Part shown: positions 1-10,744 of the stretch, in pieces
Numbering within the stretch: the stretch's first letter is position 1
Layout of the letters: every line of letters begins with the position of its first letter
Position numbers and translations under genes: made by a program
NCBI GenBank assembly: GCA_002633005.1
Contig: NMRA01000005.1
Location: 1,471,635-1,535,634, forward strand
Direction of reading: 5' to 3'
DNA: 64,000 nucleotides
Origin: Phoronis australis
Taxonomy: Eukaryota > Animalia > Phoronida
The notes under the pieces: model-generated
What the model was told of the DNA's origin: nothing
What the model saw: the letters and a program-made list of their open reading frames with translations, nothing else
Database searches by the model: none

Positions 1-258
1 AAATCAAAACAGTGTTAAATGTTTCTTTTGAGCTTCATAGTAAAAAACATTAATGCACTTTACTGCAGAGGCCAAACCTTCAATGGACGTCCTAGGTATA
101 AAGTTATCGGACTTGAAAGTTTTTATTATTACTGATACTGATTACAAAAAATCCCCAAAGCCGGTATGTCATTTCATCCTTTAACAATAATCGAGGAAAA
201 TTAATCGAATGTCCTGAGAAAAATCTGAATTATTGCCACCCAAATGCCAATAACTTTA

Positions 259-1438
259 CCGTATAACCCGCAATTAGGCGCATGCGGGACCGCGACTAAC
301 TGCAAGACCGCGCCTAATTGCGGTACTTAGGCGTATGCACCTATATGCGGGACATTTGAGTAGAACTTGTGTTGATTATGGTGCTCCAGATATAGGCGCA
401 CCTTCAATGTTTAAAAAACACTCCTTGTTTGCACGTGGATTATAATGCAAATTCTTTCTAATAACATACTGCCCTAGAGCCTGTAAGAACTGGTCGAAGA
501 AGAAGAGCCTCCTACGCTGAAGTCGCCGAGTGGGTTCATGAATAGTGGTAAAATATACACGAAAATACTATCAAGCGAGCCTTTGTTGCGTGCAGAAGCT
601 TCCATTGTAAGAGCGTGAACGGCGTCATGCTCGACTCGATGACGTGCTCGGAGAAGACAGCCGTATAACCTCAATGATGGCCAAGTGATCGACTTGGACT
701 CGGATTAGTAGTCTACTAATCCGAGTCCACGTCGATCACTTCGTCTTCGGCGCAGACAGCGAGTCAGACACAATAGATTCGGATAAGACGTGAAGGCCAA
801 TGTCACGGTATTAGACAGTAAGGTTGAACAAACAGGGGCCCGTTCCAAGAAACTGACTTAAGTTCATTTTTGACTTAAGTCTAAGATTTGTCTCAAATTC
901 AAAATTTTGAAACTTCTACATCTGATAAGAGTCAAAATTTAGACAAAACTGAAGTCAAAAACTTACGTCGAACATAAGATCTCTTTTTTTGAAATGATCT
1001 TGAGACAGATTTTTAAATCTTAAAAGTCTTATCTTAAAATTGACTGAAAGTTGAGATCTGTCTAAGCTAAGTCAGTTTTTTTAGAACGGGGCCCAGGATT
1101 CGATTGCAATTAAAACGTTGAAGCAGTTAAATACATTTTTTAAATGAGGAGATGAACCAAGTGTTATTTTATACGTTAGTCGTTCTTGAAAAAAGCTTGT
1201 GATTAGTTTTAAAACTGTGGATTTTAAAAATTAAACCTCCCTGTACTCACCCAAACGCTTTGTGAAATAAAATGCAATTAGTGTATTTTTAAAATCATTC
1301 AAGGTGCGCCTATAACCGGAGCACTGACTGTGCCTAAGTGCGGAACTAAGGCGCATGCGGGACATTTGAGTACAAATTTGCAAAAAAACGCAGTGATCTG
1401 CATGTAGGCGCATGCGCCTAATGGTGGGGCTATACATT
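259..1438. mobile_element. Degenerate Tc1/mariner-pogo (Tigger-like) MITE
   Basis: Left end TA|CCGTATAACCCGCAATTAGGCGCATGCG has an inverted match at 1407-1438 (GGCGCATGCGCCTAATGGTGGGGCTATAC). Inner inverted segments 391-420 and 1285-1322 also match. TA-CCGTA termini are typical of pogo/Tigger MITEs. Confidence 0.6.
836..1093. mobile_element. PIF/Harbinger-type MITE nested in the pogo-like MITE
   Basis: TIRs GGGCCCGTTCCAAGAAACTGACTTA and TAAGTCAGTTTTTTTAGAACGGGGCC. 3-bp TSD CAG at 833-835 and 1094-1096. Internal CTTAAG/CTAAG repeats. Confidence 0.75.
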
Positions 1439-2223
1439 GTATTGAACTCCATCGAGCGGATGACGACTGAATAGGACTCGAAAGGTAGGATCGGTTCGTT
1501 GGAGAGCTGGACGTGAAAAGAAATAGCGAAGTTGCCAAGACATTATTCGATAAATCCAATATTGAAAACAGTGGGTTGCTATCGATCGTCGAAGTCATCA
1601 ATAATATATGCCAACACTGGAGTGTTCATTAGAAAGGTAGTTGCCCCCCCCTCTTCAGTTACAACGTCTTAGATCCGCTAATGGATATACCGCGAGTTGT
1701 GAGCTTTTAAGCAGGAAAACAGGCACCACTGCCGTGTTACAAATCAGTTTGTACGAATCTGCAAAAACTTTTAAAAGTGAGCACTTAATTTAAATAAATA
1801 AGAGAGAGAGAGAAGGGACAATAGGCAAACCGTGGAATGACGGAGGAAGAGGTTACCAGTACATTTGGCTGCGAGTGGTACATTTAAAAATGAACTGTTA
1901 CAAATGCACAGATGTCTTGAGTGACCTTTTTACGAAAAGCGGGATACCTCATAATGCGCTAAGGATTGTGGGATTGCGGTCATACCAACAGCACAGTCAG
2001 CAGACGAAGATCAACGATATGTACGATGCGTACATGAGCAGACAGAATAAATTCAATGTCAAATACCAGTTTGCTCAGTGAGCAAGCGACAGCCTCCGGG
2101 ACACTTCATAAAATCTGGATTACATGATTACAATTCTACAAGTCTCTGGTCTGGGATGGATGTTCGTGCCTCAAGTTTTATTATCCGTAAAAGGTCAATG
2201 GCAACTAGTAGAAATTAGTTTAC

Positions 2224-2362
2224 CTTTCTCTCGTAAGCCACTGCCAAAGTTCTTATAAATTTTGATCACCAAAGCAATCACCAAGACTCTCATAACCAGA
2301 GCACATCCCGAGCACAGATATGTAGCCACGTCCAACATCAGGCCACCGTCCGTCTCGGCACA
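2224..2362 (-). CDS. Copy A exon 7 (CAETDGGLMLDVATYLCSGCALVMRVLVIALVIKIYKNFGSGLREK)
   Basis: Acceptor TTGCAG at 2363-2368, donor AAAG|GTAAAC. 139 nt, phase 0 in. A same-length paralogous exon lies at 53901-54039. Confidence 0.88.
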
Positions 2363-2854
2363 CTGCAACATCACAAAAAGTTATGACAGACCGTCTTGAA
2401 CAAAAACCAAGACTAGTTTCTTGCGAGTTGAACAAACTCATGTAATAACAAGTACTTGACAGGCTAGTCTCATAGCAAGTGCGGTATAAGTATGCATTGT
2501 TCACAAATGTACAGAGTTAACAACATGTTTTTTTTAACTTGCTGGATCAGACTTTGACGAATAAAACGGTTAAGATTCAAATTAAACCGAATTTTCCATG
2601 ACATCCACATCGAAACTGATCCGGGTACCAAAATCCTCAAAGCTTTGTGTACGACTTTAATTTTCTAAAACAATAGAGGAAAATTTAACCAGGGTCCTTA
2701 GATAAATCTGAAACATTGCCAATCAATTGTCAGTTACCTCAACTTGAACTCCGTTGAGCGCATGGTAATAGGGGACACAATATATTGGTGCTCTCTAGAG
2801 ATTTGGTGGACAGAAATTCTCTGATACACATAGTGGTTCATTAATTTGGGAATA

Positions 2855-3045
2855 AATATTAACATATGTATGGTGCAGAAATATGGGCACATCAATGTGT
2901 GAATCTATTGAAAATGCACAGAGTGATTTCTGTAAATACGTTCTGAGGTTGAATGTTAAAACGTGTAATGATACGGCTCGCGATGAATGTGGGAGACAAT
3001 TGTTAATTAGAAAATATATGTGTAAACTAATTATCTATTGTATTG
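2855..3045 (+). mobile_element. RTE-X-like LINE fragment
   Basis: Translates, with a frameshift, to YGAEIW...ESIENAQSDFCKYVLRLNVKTCNDTARDECGR, resembling the post-RT motif of RTE-X LINEs. Confidence 0.55.
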
Positions 3046-3659
3046 GGAGAACATAGGTACCCACTGAAGGGAACAAGCTGAAAATGGTATTTATAACTGG
3101 GTACAACGTGTCAAAGAAATATCGTATAGGTACAGTTGTATAATAAATAACTCACTTGTCTTTGTTCTCGCCAAGAGTGAAGGTGAAACGCTGTAAATCT
3201 TAACGATAGAAGGAGAGCCCTGCTCTGTGTCCTAGATCCATTTTTGCAAGTATTTAGGTTACATGACAGCCCAAATTTGAATATGATAAATGATAAAATT
3301 TTGACTGTATGAGCACCCATGTTTAGTGAAATGTGTGACCGTGATGACTGCCATGTCTAACAGTGACATGAAAATCCAAGTACTAGAATCAAAATTTAAA
3401 AAACGCAATCAATAAGTACGCGATTTCAGCATGATGACAAACTGAAGTAAGGGACTCAAAATTTGAGCACCAAAAGTGGTAGCAAAACACTTCGCCTGCA
3501 TTTGGTTTTTATCAACTTTCAAAGACAACTTTCCTGAAGTCAACCCTATTGGATAAAGCTGAATTTGCAGAGCCAGGTTGGTTCCCTACCTAAGCGCTAG
3601 ATGGCGACAACAATCCTGAACTCATAGACATCTAAACACATGGTTGAGCTTGACTTTAC

Positions 3660-3746
3660 CTTTACAATGACATAGACAATGTAAGCTGGCTCACACCATG
3701 AAGCTGACAAGAAAACAATCGTGGCAATTTTCTGTTCCATTCGAGT
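3660..3746 (-). CDS. Copy A exon 6 (TRMEQKIATIVFLSASWCEPAYIVYVIVK)
   Basis: Acceptor TTTTTGCAG, donor AAG|GTAAAG. 87 nt, phase 0/0, one hydrophobic helix. Confidence 0.85.
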
Positions 3747-4633
3747 CTGCAAAAATGGAATATAATCAGCAGCTTTTCTTAAATTACGGTACGCAGCAAA
3801 CTTATGACAAGGTTGTTCCAAAACATTATACAAAATAAAGTGAAGGGAATCTACGTTTCGAAAGTTAAGTGTTTATCAAAATTTAAAAGAAGCTTTAATC
3901 AATGAGGCACATCCATACCATTACATAATTTCAACCGATTGTGGTGGTCAAATATCAGGTGAATTTTATGAGACACAATCGAGTATTGAACGTTTTCGAC
4001 TGTCAATGGTTGCGGTCATCCTCTGCAGAATGGTCGTAAAAAGACTTTCAGTCTGAAGATCGGACTGTATTTGAGCTCAATCTAATCGTTTTCATTCTAA
4101 AAATTAATTTAATAGGCCGTCACGAATTACACGGCGATAGAACTCTTCTTTGTCCTGAAGATAAGAAAGTGCGTGACCTAGTTTTGAAATTCAGACACAT
4201 TTTCGTGTCTCTCATTGATGTCGGGAAGTCGAAAAATTTCAGATCACGCACCTACAGGTATTTCTCCAAAAATTTTCACGTTGCAGTTGCAGCCCACAAC
4301 ACAGCAGCAGTAATATTTCGTTGGCATTGGAAGGACGAAGAGAGTAATGCAACCGAAAAAAATTATAAAAAGTCAGACAACAAAAAATCAAAGGGGAAAC
4401 TCCAGTGGCACGAAAACGAGGCTGCAAATGCGCCCGAAGGATGTTTACGGCATTGTGGGTAAATGCTTTAAGTTTCAAAATGTACTTTTTACACAATACG
4501 TAAAACAAAGTACGTCATAGACATTATTAAGGTGTTTCTTAAAATGTTTCGAAACCTGATTTCTAAAAGTTTTTTAATAGGATTTTTTCTATAGGAATTC
4601 TTATAGGAAATTTTCATCCTATAGTAAAATCCC

Positions 4634-4765
4634 TCATTCATCGACAAAGACCTGGCGAACCAGGTCGAAACGTCTGCCAACAGCCAACCATGTCTCTAAG
4701 TAAGTGACCATTTTATATACTACAATGCCTCTAAAGACCAATGACGAACCTATTCTCCAGCATCC
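4634..4765 (+). mobile_element. Penelope-like element terminal fragment with degenerate hammerhead-like motif
   Basis: TCGACAAA-GACCTGG-CGAA-CCAGGTC-GAAAC-GT: a perfect 7-bp stem followed by GAAAC, the layout seen in Penelope pseudo-LTRs. Confidence 0.45.
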
Positions 4766-4871
4766 TATAGGAAATCAATATTCCTGCAGATTATTTTCGT
4801 AAAGGAGTGTCACTGCGTAATCCGGGACGGTCCTATTGAAGAATGATAGAATTGATGCGAAAGATACAAAC

Positions 4872-4988
4872 CGCGACAAAGCCAAGAATCAACCAGCCGA
4901 TGCTGAACGGGAATCCTATCCCAAGTACAACTTTCTGTATTACGCTTGTGAAGGTTCCTCTATGAAGTATCAAAAGCAGCAGAGTACA
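4872..4988 (-). CDS. Copy A exon 5 (CTLLLLILHRGTFTSVIQKVVLGIGFPFSIGWLILGFVA)
   Basis: Acceptor CATTCATTTTAG, donor GCG|GTTTGT. 117 nt, phase 0/0, hydrophobic. Absent from the ORF track. Confidence 0.85.
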
Positions 4989-6044
4989 CTAAAATGAATG
5001 TAACGGGTGAATTTTACGATAACAGGAGGGTTGAGTTCCATAGGCCGTAACACATTATAGCTTTACCCACACTTACGGAAATCTTACAGCAATAACAAGA
5101 GTCTGCAAAACGCTTGTGAAAGCTCCTCTTAAAACAGGAGAGAACGCTAAAATGAATGTAACCGATGAATTTTACGATAACAAGAGGGTTGAGTTCCACA
5201 AGCAGCAACACTTGACATGTAGCTTCAGTAATTGCACTCGCACTTACAGAATGAAAACAAAAAAATTCGCAATTCAACACTCCAAGTTCACCCAACAACC
5301 AGTGGCAGGGATTTTGCTAGGACAGGCTAGTAAGCTCCGGCCCGAACATACTCGCAAAACATAGTATTACATTACTTATACCCTGCCGAGAGGTTATCTC
5401 CACTGACCAAACCGAATGCGATATTTTCCGGCAGACAAAACATGACATTATCTTGTAATATCAGGCATCAAAAAGCAATGTCGAGCGTCAATATCTGATT
5501 CTAATAACTTTTTTTGGCTTTCAATGGTCCATTTGATGAACTATTTTTGAGCGGACTCACGAAATTAACCCTTCCTCACGACCAATTTAACTGTGTCTGG
5601 TCTGACGCAATAATTAAGGAGACCAATCAGCAATCATTCCCAATCCGCGGAAGGAACAAGATAAGTTCATAACACAGGCCCGTAGCCAGCATTGGTCGGG
5701 GGGGGGGGGGGGGGGTGGTTAGAATTTCTAGAACGGCGGACCTTTGATACTTTGCAAACGTGGACACTGTAGAGTTTTCGGTAAGGCCTTTGACGCATCT
5801 TAATTAGGGGGTGGGAGGGAAATCTGTATACACAACAATGGCTGTCAGCTCTGTGCTCACAAGACCAGGCAGAATTTGTAATACCAGAATTGAGGATGCT
5901 GTGACGGTTGCTCGCAAAGAACGAGAAACAAATTCGGATGTATTGTGGTCCAGAAAGAGTACGTTCTTGCTTTACCTCCTGGCCAGTACAACTAGAAATG
6001 GTGGTCAGATTTCATGTGCATGCGAAATTGCTCGCATGTCTTAA

Positions 6045-6320
6045 AGGAGAATGCCACTCAAAAAACAACCTATTTTGTATCAATTTAGATCGAGTAGTTA
6101 CACTCGATAACAGCAAGTTCAGTTGTTTTACATGACACCTTACGGCAGACGGAGGTGTTGAAATTAACCAATGACGTAATCGGTTCGAATGCAGTCTGTT
6201 CAGCCGTTCACATCACGCTTATTGGTGTCAACTTAACGCTTGAATCCATCGTTTTACACCAATAAATCATCAAATTTCGATGTAAATCCGTTACAAATAC
6301 ATCGAGTTCCTGAACAAAAC
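6045..6320 (+). mobile_element. Kolobok-type non-autonomous element, left part (second copy at 35919)
   Basis: TTAA|AGGAGAATGCCAC terminus. About 270 bp are clearly similar to 35919-36172. Confidence 0.55.
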
Positions 6321-6654
6321 GCATACTCAAAATTCTGGTGAATTATCAACTACGACACATTCATCAAATCCATATCAAGATCGCAACTCAGCGCGACAGA
6401 AGCCAGGGCCGCTGCGCCTCAGCCTCACCCAAGGAGCCTCGCGCACGGCCGGGTAGAAACTAAATGTGGTTAGTAAACCACCCTGTCCCTGCCAGTTTTC
6501 ACGAAGTCAGGAAGTCCCATTCAGTCATCTTAAATTTGAAACCACCGCAGACTTAACCCTTACCCCAGATGTTGTCTCTGCTTGAGAATGAGCCTTGAGG
6601 TGACAATCAGATTAGTGAACTGTCGGAGTTCTAGTTTTGGAATTGTGGAAATTC

Positions 6655-6750
6655 GAAGTATTGAATTTTCGAAAGTAGCGAACCTCCGGAGTAGTGAACC
6701 TTCGGAGGAGTGGACCTTCGGAATAGTGGACCTTCGGAGTAGGGCACCTT
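6655..6750. repeat. Short degenerate 16-bp tandem repeat (CCTTCGGAATAGTGGA-like), probably a MITE subterminus
   Basis: About five degenerate units are visible directly. Confidence 0.6.
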
Positions 6751-8464
6751 CGTCATAGTGACATGTAACGTTGGAAATCTTTTCCATCAAGTTTGTAGCT
6801 CGTATGAAGTCTGCAGGGTTATTCACCATTGACACTGATTGACTATAGAGAAGGTGTTCTTCATTGACCAAAGTTGAGGTCTAGGAAAACTTTTCTCTCG
6901 TGAAAATGCTCTACGGGGTATTCTCAGTGCAAGGAAACACGGTAGTTGAATGCATGGTTTTTGAGTACGAAGGGGGACTACCTATAGTGAACTTACTGTC
7001 AGCGTGTACTGAATTTAAAAGAACGGAAACGCACCGTGTACACGCATGGATGTCAATCCACCAATCCACAATCAAAGTGGACACTGGATAAACAACATGT
7101 TTTTATATTAGACGATCACTTTCCATTCAAAATTTGAAAATGCCTTCATTTTACCGTACTATGCTTGCAATCAAACCAAAATAGCAGAATAACAAATCTC
7201 AATTTTCTTTTGTTTTGTTTCTTAGACGATTTTAAGGCATTCACACCGCTCTACTATTTGGGAGCTCTCGTTGCTATTTACATTAACATGAAGCTTACTT
7301 AGATCATAGGGCTAGACTTTTATGCTTAGGTATAGACATTCACTTCTAGACCCCCTTGTTACCCTTTGTGTAGCCACCACGCGCGTGGTTTATGAATAAC
7401 ATAAAGCCTCCTCTTATCGTATGCACGATCCTGTCATCTACACCAACACCGGCACTCTGGCGAAGTTGGCTGGGTACGGCCCGATGCCGCCAGAAGCGCT
7501 TTGAATTAGAAGCAAATCCAAAATTATTTCTAACTTAGTTATTATTGTTGTTAGTAGTACTAAGGATTGTAGTACATATAGGAGAGTTCACTTGTGAGTT
7601 CGCTGTTATCGCTATTACTAGCGCCGCCAAGTGGTGAATAAGCAACGGTCAAGTAGAAAGTGTAAGAACAATGGGGAAGGGCGTATTTTACAGTGCGATA
7701 AATTGCACTAGTTCATCCACAAAAATCCCGTGTCATTTCTACGTTTCCTAAGGATCCAGAAAATAATGATTATCTCTTATTTAATGATATGATACATTGT
7801 CTTTCATTTCATGTGCTCTGTTCACGGTTGGAAGACTAGTCGATCGCAGTCCCTGTGCAGGCCGCTGTCGTCTGCAGTGTAGCCTTCTACTGCACAGGCT
7901 ACGCCCTGCCTTCTGCAGATATTTTGTTATAAATTATATGTGAGAGAGCATCAGAATGGAATACAGTGTTGCAGTAGTGATGAATTGTCTTGCTTTCTTC
8001 TTCGTCCTTGAGTTACACCTACTGCCCAAACAATTGTCTGCACGGGTAGCAACCTGGCGTATTCAATAGGAAGCACATTCAAAAATGTTGGGTGGACATG
8101 AAACGAGCAGTGAGCTGGGAGCACTTTGTAATGAAAATTTGAAAAACAGCCAGGATGTTATTGGAGCATGATGGCCACCAGTCATGACAAGCAAAAGTCC
8201 TTGGGGGTCATGCGCAAAAGGAGGCGGCCAAATCTTATCACCACCTCAGCACATGTCCGTAGTCAGAACAACTTAAATTTATGACGATGGGAGGGGCTCA
8301 ACACTCATGTGACATACCCCATTGGTTTTTACCTGTTTAGCACTCCTCCCATGTACCCCCATGAGAGAGGGTTAACAGGTGCCCAGTTGGCGCCCACCTA
8401 GTTTGCACTCCGCCATTGTACCCCTTTCGTTGCTAGCACCTGCATGGGGGAAATCCCCCTGATT

Positions 8465-8619
8465 CAGTGGCGGATTTAGAGCAGGGCCAGGGGTGCAATA
8501 TTCCCCCCTAATATTCTCCTATATTCCATTTGGCAGTTCGGGGGTGCGAATGTCTGAAGGGCAAAATTCTGGCTAATAGCTGCCCTACCCCGCCAACTCA
8601 AAATCCTGGATCCACCCTG
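8465..8619 (+). mobile_element. Short GC-rich MITE CAGTGGCGGAT...ATCCACCCTG (second copy 48329-48483)
   Basis: Short TIRs; two similar ~155-bp copies in the window. Confidence 0.6.
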
Positions 8620-8799
8620 TGAACCCCCAGGAGCTATCACCAAAATTTTGTAGTCCATGGAGGTATGAAATGTTTATAAGGAACGGTAATTTATTAAGAA
8701 CTCAAACATGGCCGGTTTGCAGGGAGCTTCAAGAGAATAAAAGCAAATACACTTTAATATTAATTTATAACACACATTTTTATTCTCATAACGCTAAAT

Positions 8800-9051
8800 C
8801 GTCGTGAGAGACCGTCCGGAGTTGGTATATGGTGCAACTCCGGACGGTCTGAGGTCAACAGAAAACCACAGTTCAACTGTGAGTCTACACCAATGTGATA
8901 AACGAGAATAGTTCTACTTGCTGAGTAAGCAGCAGGTATGCTTACCTCTTTTATGGCATACGACGTGTGACTGGGCAAAGCGTTGTCTACATAATGTGGA
9001 TAAATCAGTGGAGCATGAGAACCCTGAGGTCCCTGTCAAGTCCTCACGACA
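8800..9051. mobile_element. Candidate solo LTR
   Basis: Ends (C)GTCGTGAG...CTCACGACA resemble TG...CA inverted termini. Contains a perfect 16-bp hairpin at 8809-8850. No clear TSD. Confidence 0.4.
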
Positions 9052-9801
9052 ATTCTACGTTATGGATTCGATTATATAGTTGGATGGTAGTTTACGTATT
9101 CCAACCATTTTTATCGCATGTAATTTTATTGTAGGTCGAGCATCATTAAAGTATGAATTTATCAGTGTTTAAATGGTTCGTACTCCGCCGCTAAATTAGT
9201 GTTGCTTATTCGCCGCTTGGGGCGCTAGTTTTCGACCGGTAACCATTGCGGCGAATGGCAAATTGGCAAAGTAAACTCTCCTATTCTATGTACACTCCTT
9301 GGTAGTACCAGTAGCTGCAACAATTATGTTATTGTTGTCCGTTTATACCCTATCTTTAACGGATATGCTGGGGCTGGACCTTTTCAGCGTGGGAGGGGTT
9401 TGATCGAACCCACCCGAACACCCCCTGGCTACGGGCCTGTAGCAGTAAATGACAGAAATCAGAGGTTGATTGTCCCTCTAATTGTTAATTCCGAAAGCAA
9501 TAACAAAAAAGTTTTTCGCGTGATCACGCTTTCCGTTCAAAATGTTTGAAGCAAAAGCGTGGCTGGGGTTTAGTGTTAAGATCACTTAGACTAAAGTCGA
9601 TCCTAATGTTTCATGAAGACTTTAGTAGGATATCATTAAAACCGCGCTTTCTGTGAAAAACTAACTTTTGATTCTGTCGCCTTCTCAGATTATGAAGGAA
9701 TTTTAGTCTCCCGAATGTCCGACTGCAATAACTTGATTGACTGTTTATATGTCACTCAAGGTAGACCTACGCAGATAAGTTCCAATAACTAGTGGTCTTA
9801 C

Positions 9802-9987
9802 CTCAAGTTGAAGATCAAGCTTAAGGCATGTTTCAAAGGCGTAGAGTATCTTGCAGGCTGCTTGTAACTCTGTTGTGGCTCCCACAGTTCTGAATATCAG
9901 TTTATTCTGGCGGAAGTACTTGACTAGTATGAAGATTCCGAGCCCCATATCAACTGGACCAACAACGCTTAAGATTATGAGACGTAC
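9802..9987 (-). CDS. Copy A exon 4 (VRLIILSVVGPVDMGLGIFILVKYFRQNKLIFRTVGATTELQAACKILYAFETCLKLDLQLE)
   Basis: Acceptor TGTTATAG, donor GAG|GTAAGA. 186 nt, phase 0/0. Overlaps ORF 9745..9948. Confidence 0.9.
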
Positions 9988-10289
9988 CTATAACAGATCG
10001 AACTTACACGCTTATTGTTGACGCCTTGAGAAGACAAAATTTGGATGTAACGTTTGTAATTGTGGTAGATGCTAAAGACTAGAGTGCCCAGGTTACTGCC
10101 CTGCACACGGTACGCTTCAGCGATGCTTTCTGTCATACAGACAAAAATAGATGGTTATTTTGAAACCACAATAAACCTGCGATCCGTCAAGTACGTGAGT
10201 TTTTGGTTGATGGTTGGGACTGTTTACAGTAAATTTCCTCCTGAAATTTTCGTAACGGTGTGAAGAGCTGAACATAATAACGTTCTTAC

Positions 10290-10435
10290 CAATTTTACGG
10301 TGGTGCGCGCTTCGCCTTTCGCCGCATAGTTGATGATAATGTAGACCATGAGCAGACCGGTAGCGATAACAAAGACGAGTAACTCGTAAGGCCGTTCATC
10401 GAACACACCGTGAAGGATGTAGTATGCACAGAATA
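10290..10435 (-). CDS. Copy A exon 3 (LFCAYYILHGVFDERPYELLVFVIATGLLMVYIIINYAAKGEARTTVKL)
   Basis: Acceptor CTCTTTTAG, donor TTG|GTAAGA. 146 nt; phase 1 in matches exon 2 (T+TA = Leu), phase 0 out. Confidence 0.9.
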
Positions 10436-10483
10436 CTAAAAGAGCATGTGCAAGCATCATAGGATAACGATTACAACAAAGCC

Positions 10484-10744
10484 CATGCGCGCACTCAGGG
10501 GGAGGGGGGATCGGAGGGCTCAAAGGAGCCCCCATTTGGCGAAGTAGACAAAAAAAGTCCGCCTCAGAAAAACAAAAACTCAGAAAAAAATGGAAAACGA
10601 GACAAAAGTCAACTAAAAAGGCAGGAACTACCAAAATTCTATGAATGCACAATTCATAGCTCAGAACGTACCCCGTAAATTTTAGTTAAAAGTCCACATT
10701 CTCAAAACTCGAGCCCCCCCCTTTTTAGGTTGGGTGCGCGCATG
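10484..10744 (+). mobile_element. MITE with CATGCGCGCA TIRs (second copy 42928-43159)
   Basis: CATGCGCGCACTC...GGGTGCGCGCATG, with an A-rich core shared with 42928-43159. Confidence 0.65.

Larger units (their letters stand above)
7579..9283. mobile_element. Unclassified non-autonomous TIR DNA transposon containing nested repeats
   Basis: Termini TAGGAGAGTTCACTT and AAGTAAACTCTCCTA. Inner inverted match CTAGCGCCGCCAAGTGGTGAATAAGCAAC vs GTTGCTTATTCGCCGCTTGGGGCGCTAG. The flanks (7525-7560 and 9300-9440) join into a sequence matching the reverse complement of 55550-55705. Confidence 0.6.

Noticed and set aside
5820-5965. Hydrophobic minus-strand frame as an extra exon of copy A
   Set aside because: No convincing splice sites, and exons 4 and 5 already join in phase with a sensible sequence.
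6560-7091. ORFs 6560..6871 and 6900..7091 as genes
   Set aside because: The first runs through a 16-bp repeat, neither shows a recognisable motif, and both are intronic.
10436-10652. N-terminal part of the 142-aa ORF 10224..10652
   Set aside because: It is intron and MITE sequence upstream of the acceptor at 10436; only 10290-10435 is exon.
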